From Mobula hypostoma (taxonomy: Eukaryota), in NCBI RefSeq assembly GCF_963921235.1, contig NC_086098.1, positions 5,456,001 to 5,520,000 on the forward strand: a stretch of DNA of 64,000 nt. Reading direction: 5' to 3'. Below are positions 63,482 to 64,000 of the stretch, piece by piece. Position numbers and translations under genes: made by a program. Position 1 is the stretch's first letter, and every line of letters starts with the position of its first letter. Under the pieces are notes generated by a model that saw only the letters and a list, made by a program, of their open reading frames with translations, made no database searches and was not told the origin of the DNA.

Positions 63482-64000
63482 GACACGAGGAGATCTGCAG
63501 ATGCTGGAATTTCAAACAACACACATAAAAGTTGCTGGTGAACACAGCAGACCAGGCAGCATCTCTAGGAAGAGGTACAGTCGACGTTTCGGGCCGAGAC
63601 TCTTCGTCAAGACTAACTGAAAGAAGAGCTAGTAAGAGATTTGAAAGTGGGAGGGGAGGGGGAGATCGTACCCCATCCATTATTTATTTATATGCAAACA
63701 TTCTTTTTCTCTCTCGCCTTTTTCTCCCTCTGTCCCTCTCACTATACCCCTTGCCCATCCTCTGGGTTTTCCCCCCCTCCCCCTTTTCTTTCTCCCTGGG
63801 CCTCCTGTCCCATGATCCTCTCGTATCCTCTTTGCCAATCACCTGTCCAGCTCTTGGCTCCATCCCTCCCCCTCCTGTCTTCTCCTATCATTTTGGATCT
63901 ACCCCTCCCCCTCCCACTTTCAAATCTCTTACTAACTCTTCCTTCAGTTAGTCCTGACGAAGGGTCTTGGCCCGAAACGTCGACTGTACTTCTTCATAGA
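63482..64000. mobile_element. Young PLE pLTR with inverted partial copy (63482-63667 -, 63668-64000 +)
   Basis: 63575-63667 is nearly the reverse complement of 63896-63989. Each arm has a hammerhead (63579-63614 minus with core TTGACGA; 63950-63985 plus). Confidence 0.88.
63950..63985 (+). ncRNA. Minimal type-I hammerhead ribozyme, intact
   Basis: AGTC-CTGACGA-A-GGGT-CTTG-GCCC-GAAA-C-GTC-GACT. Confidence 0.82.

Overview
Eukaryotic, transposon-saturated DNA, not prokaryotic. It is most likely an intron of a large + strand gene in a cartilaginous fish, probably a ray or skate; this is inferred from the mix of HE1/V-SINEs, abundant CR1, Rex1/Babar, Penelope-like and Tc1 elements. Most of the 64 kb is decayed and often nested mobile elements: CR1 and Rex1/Babar LINEs, tRNA-derived V-SINEs, Penelope-like elements (PLEs), Tc1 and hAT DNA transposons/MITEs, a Gypsy gag-pro remnant and a solo LTR. 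No intact autonomous element is present, and nearly all ORFs in the track are TE fragments or noise. One convincing 75-nt coding exon (17157-17231) and a weaker 97-nt candidate (3018-3114) belong to a host gene I cannot identify. The most interesting signal is non-coding RNA. First, two copies of a ~550-bp ORF-less RTE-type short retroposon (20356-20914 minus, 47178-47718 plus) start with a complete HDV-like ribozyme fold; in the first copy the predicted cleavage site abuts the target-site duplication. Second, many minimal type-I hammerhead ribozymes of two PLE families are present, several with intact catalytic cores. All structures were folded by eye. Repeat family names come from recalled similarity, and many TE boundaries are approximate.
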